A stretch of DNA of 63,814 nt, filler included, from Lenisia limosa (Eukaryota; Protista; Breviatea): NCBI GenBank assembly GCA_001655205.1. It is 10 parts of 10 records of this genome, joined end to end, with 100 filler letters (N's around TTAATTAATTAA, not from the genome) between each part and the next. Parts side by side here need not be neighbours in the genome. Positions count along the whole stretch, not along the records: positions 60,892 to 63,814 come from LPNZ01007206.1; 9 more parts are not named here. The stretch is one strand, 5' to 3'. The notes under the pieces are model-generated. The model had not been told where the DNA came from. It saw only the letters and a list, made by a program, of their open reading frames with translations, and searched no databases. Position numbers and translations under genes: made by a program. Positions within the stretch are counted from its first letter, which is position 1. Each line of letters begins with the position of its first letter. Positions 61,415 through 63,814 of the stretch are shown one piece after another.

Positions 61415-63814
61415 TATCTGGCTGCAGAAACCGGAAGACAGATTTCGGACTTTATTGGCACTGACAGCAGTGACAACGCGACTATCGCCGTGGGGGGGGG
61501 GGGCGTGGATAATTATAATATAGTAAGTATGCTGGGGAGGCACGCAGAAAGCTGTGTGCACAGAGTTGTCAGGCAAAGGATTGGGTGAACTGTTATTATA
61601 CTATATTCCAATAACTCTTAAAAGCGTGATGGTGTGGNNNNNNNNNNNNNNNNNNNNNNNNNNNNNNNNNNNNNNNNNNNNNNNNNNNNNNNNNNNNNNN
61701 NNNNNNNNNNNNNNNNNNNNNNNNNNNNNNNNNNNNNNNCATATTTATATATCATCATATGTATTATTATGATGCGTACCGGTTTCAAAATACTAAAAAA
61801 AAACGTTAATCACCTCTTTAGGCCTCTCTTCGCCTTGGCAATGTCGGATCAATTATCAGTTTTGACTGTGAGAGAGGGATATAAGGTTACTGAATCTAGA
61901 TTGAACAGTAAAGTTGTCCAGAATGGAGGGGCAAGAGGGGGCAAGTGGTTTTTTACAGATTTTTTTTTTAATTGAAGGCGGTTTAAGAGTTCGGGTGNNN
62001 NNNNNNNNNNNNNNNNNNNNNNNNNNNNNNNNNNNNNNNNNNNNNNNNNNNNNNNNNNNNNNNNNNNNNNNNNNNNNNNNNNNNNNNNNNNNNNNNNNNN
62101 NNNNNNNNNNNNNNNNNNNNNNNNNNNNNNNNNNNNNNNNNNNNNNNNNNNNNNNNNNNNNNNNNNNNNNNNNNNNNNNNNNNNNNNNNNNNNNNNNNNN
62201 NNNNNNNNNNNNNNNNNNNNNNNNNNNNNNNNNNNNNNNNNNNNNNACGAGGCTGAACTGGCCGGCAGCAACGAAAGGTGAGTGACGTTGCATTCCACTA
62301 CTATGTAACAGTTCATAGTACGAAAAAGCAAAGGGAGGCAATGATTGTTTCTCCCTTAATCTCATGCTTTCAACGTCTTTTCCCTAATATTTCCATTGTA
62401 TCTTTCCTTTGCATGCATTGATACAGTGTAACCTCAATTGCTCTTACATTTCCTGGGGAGATGATGAGGCAATTTCTCTGACCCCAATTCTCCTTATATA
62501 TCCAGGGGGGACGATGATGATGACGGACCTGATGCAACCCATCAACCCACTCTTCATAACAAGGTGAGTATCTCCAATCCTGTACTGATTTCACCTTGTT
62601 CGAAAATGCCCAATTCAATATCGATATTTTTGGAGGATTGTTCGAGACATATACCAAGGTGAATCCCTAGTCCTGTAGTTCATCAGAGATGATTTAGGGT
62701 TGTTATTTCGTTTCATCTATTCTCCACCACCTCACCCCCCTATATAACTATATCATTCCATAGTTGATTTGGGCTTTTTTTTATTTCATCGTGTACCTCA
62801 CACAGTATAGCACCCACATGCATGCTAGTAGTATCACAGGCTTTGTTTGTTCTGTTGTTTTTAACTCGTGTGTATTTTCAACATGCTAGGTTACTCTGCC
62901 ATATAACCGCTGNNNNNNNNNNNNNNNNNNNNNNNNNNNNNNNNNNNNNNNNNNNNNNNNNNNNNNNNNNNNNNNNNNNNNNNNNNNNNNNNNNNNNNNN
63001 NNNNNNNNNNNNNNNNNNNNNNNNNNNNNNNNNNNNNNNNNNNNNNNNNNNNNNNNNNNNNNNNNNNNNNNNNNNNNNNNNNNNNNNNNNNNNNNNAAGT
63101 TTTCAGAAAGTGTGTGGTGGGGAAAGAGGAGTATTGTTGTGAAGTTACCATCCAGTCCGAACCGATACGGTTTCTTCCGATTTGCCTGAAGTTTACAATC
63201 TCGACATCATTTCGCTGCGTGGCCTTTTTGGCGTGGTATGTGGAGTAATATACGCAATTTGTCGTGCCAGGCGGTACCAAATTTTGCCTTTTTTCACAAG
63301 GAATTCTATTCATTACCTGAGAAACAAATATATAGTACATAGCAATTGTAACATAATACACATCCTCCCTACGGTTCGAAAAATGTACTATATCAAGGAT
63401 TTGTCGTCTTTTACAGTATAAATGACTTTTTTTTTCTTTGTTTTTCACTCGATTCCAGCTTTACGTCTTCCTGGCTCTGAACAACCTCAAAACCGAGAGA
63501 GCTGAAGGTGGGACATGCGGTTTATTATTCTAATTATTTTCGTTTTTTATTTTCCGTTTTTTTCTTCTTTTCCTACCCTCCGCCCCCTCTCCATTGTTAT
63601 GACTCCCTTGCTTTATTCTTATATATAAACGACTGGTCTGGGCTTTATTTGTTTTGATGTCGTTGATTTTGGGCTTTTTGTATTTCCCAGATTTTCCTTT
63701 TCCTGTTTTTTATTTTCCCCCAATTTTACACCCCTCAGGCGCCTCGCAAAGTCTGACACGACTTGGAGCCTTCACCTCGGCCTATTACATCGCAAAAATG
63801 GCATTGATGTTCAT
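61415..63814 (+). CDS. internal fragment of a hypothetical gene with repeat-rich introns
   Basis: Exons YLAAETGRQISDFIGTDSSDNATIA, ASLRLGNVGSIISFD, GDDDDDGPDATHQPTLHNK, DTVSSDLPEVYNLDIISLRGLFGV, LYVFLALNNLKTERAE, ASQSLTRLGAFTSAYYIAKMALMF. Confidence 0.5.

Noticed and set aside
1-63814. Alternative genetic code suggested by the many short ORFs
   Set aside because: The short ORFs are explained by dense GT-AG introns. Conserved genes terminate at TAG (IST1), TAA (XPNPEP1) and TGA (MLF), with no in-frame stops inside conserved exons.
1-63814. tRNA, rRNA, viral (polinton/giant-virus) or transposase/reverse-transcriptase genes
   Set aside because: No cloverleaf, rRNA-like, capsid, DDE or RT motifs were recognised by eye. 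Absence is not proven without tRNAscan, Infernal and HMM searches.

Overview
Intron-rich eukaryotic (probably protist) draft genomic DNA. It uses the standard genetic code (TAA, TAG and TGA all end recognisable genes) and GT-AG introns, mostly about 40-150 nt, so the supplied ORF track mostly shows exon fragments and shadow ORFs. The window is not one locus. It is ten unrelated contigs/scaffolds joined by nine artificial 100-nt spacers (44 N + TTAATTAATTAA + 44 N), so adjacency across spacers means nothing. The three large contigs (1-10870, 14625-24914, 25015-50235) are gene-dense. Recognisable genes there are DPH6 with RidA-like C-terminal domains, IST1, a GrpE 3' end, an EF-hand LPCAT-like acyltransferase, an MLF-like gene, a Kelch-repeat gene, Xaa-Pro aminopeptidase and a CCCH/SAM protein, plus several hypothetical genes. 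The small contigs hold gene fragments (including an acid-sphingomyelinase-like phosphodiesterase) with longer, repeat-filled introns. The most interesting items are: (1) a gene that appears to fuse ankyrin repeats to a SIR2_2-type (defence-NADase-like, Zn-ribbon-less) domain with intact TTNYD and HxHG motifs; (2) a modular repeat family that supplies the 3' end and splice acceptor of introns in unrelated genes (introner-like); (3) three families of small palindromic or MITE-like elements. All exon structures were read by eye, gene ends are approximate where stated, and no database search was possible.
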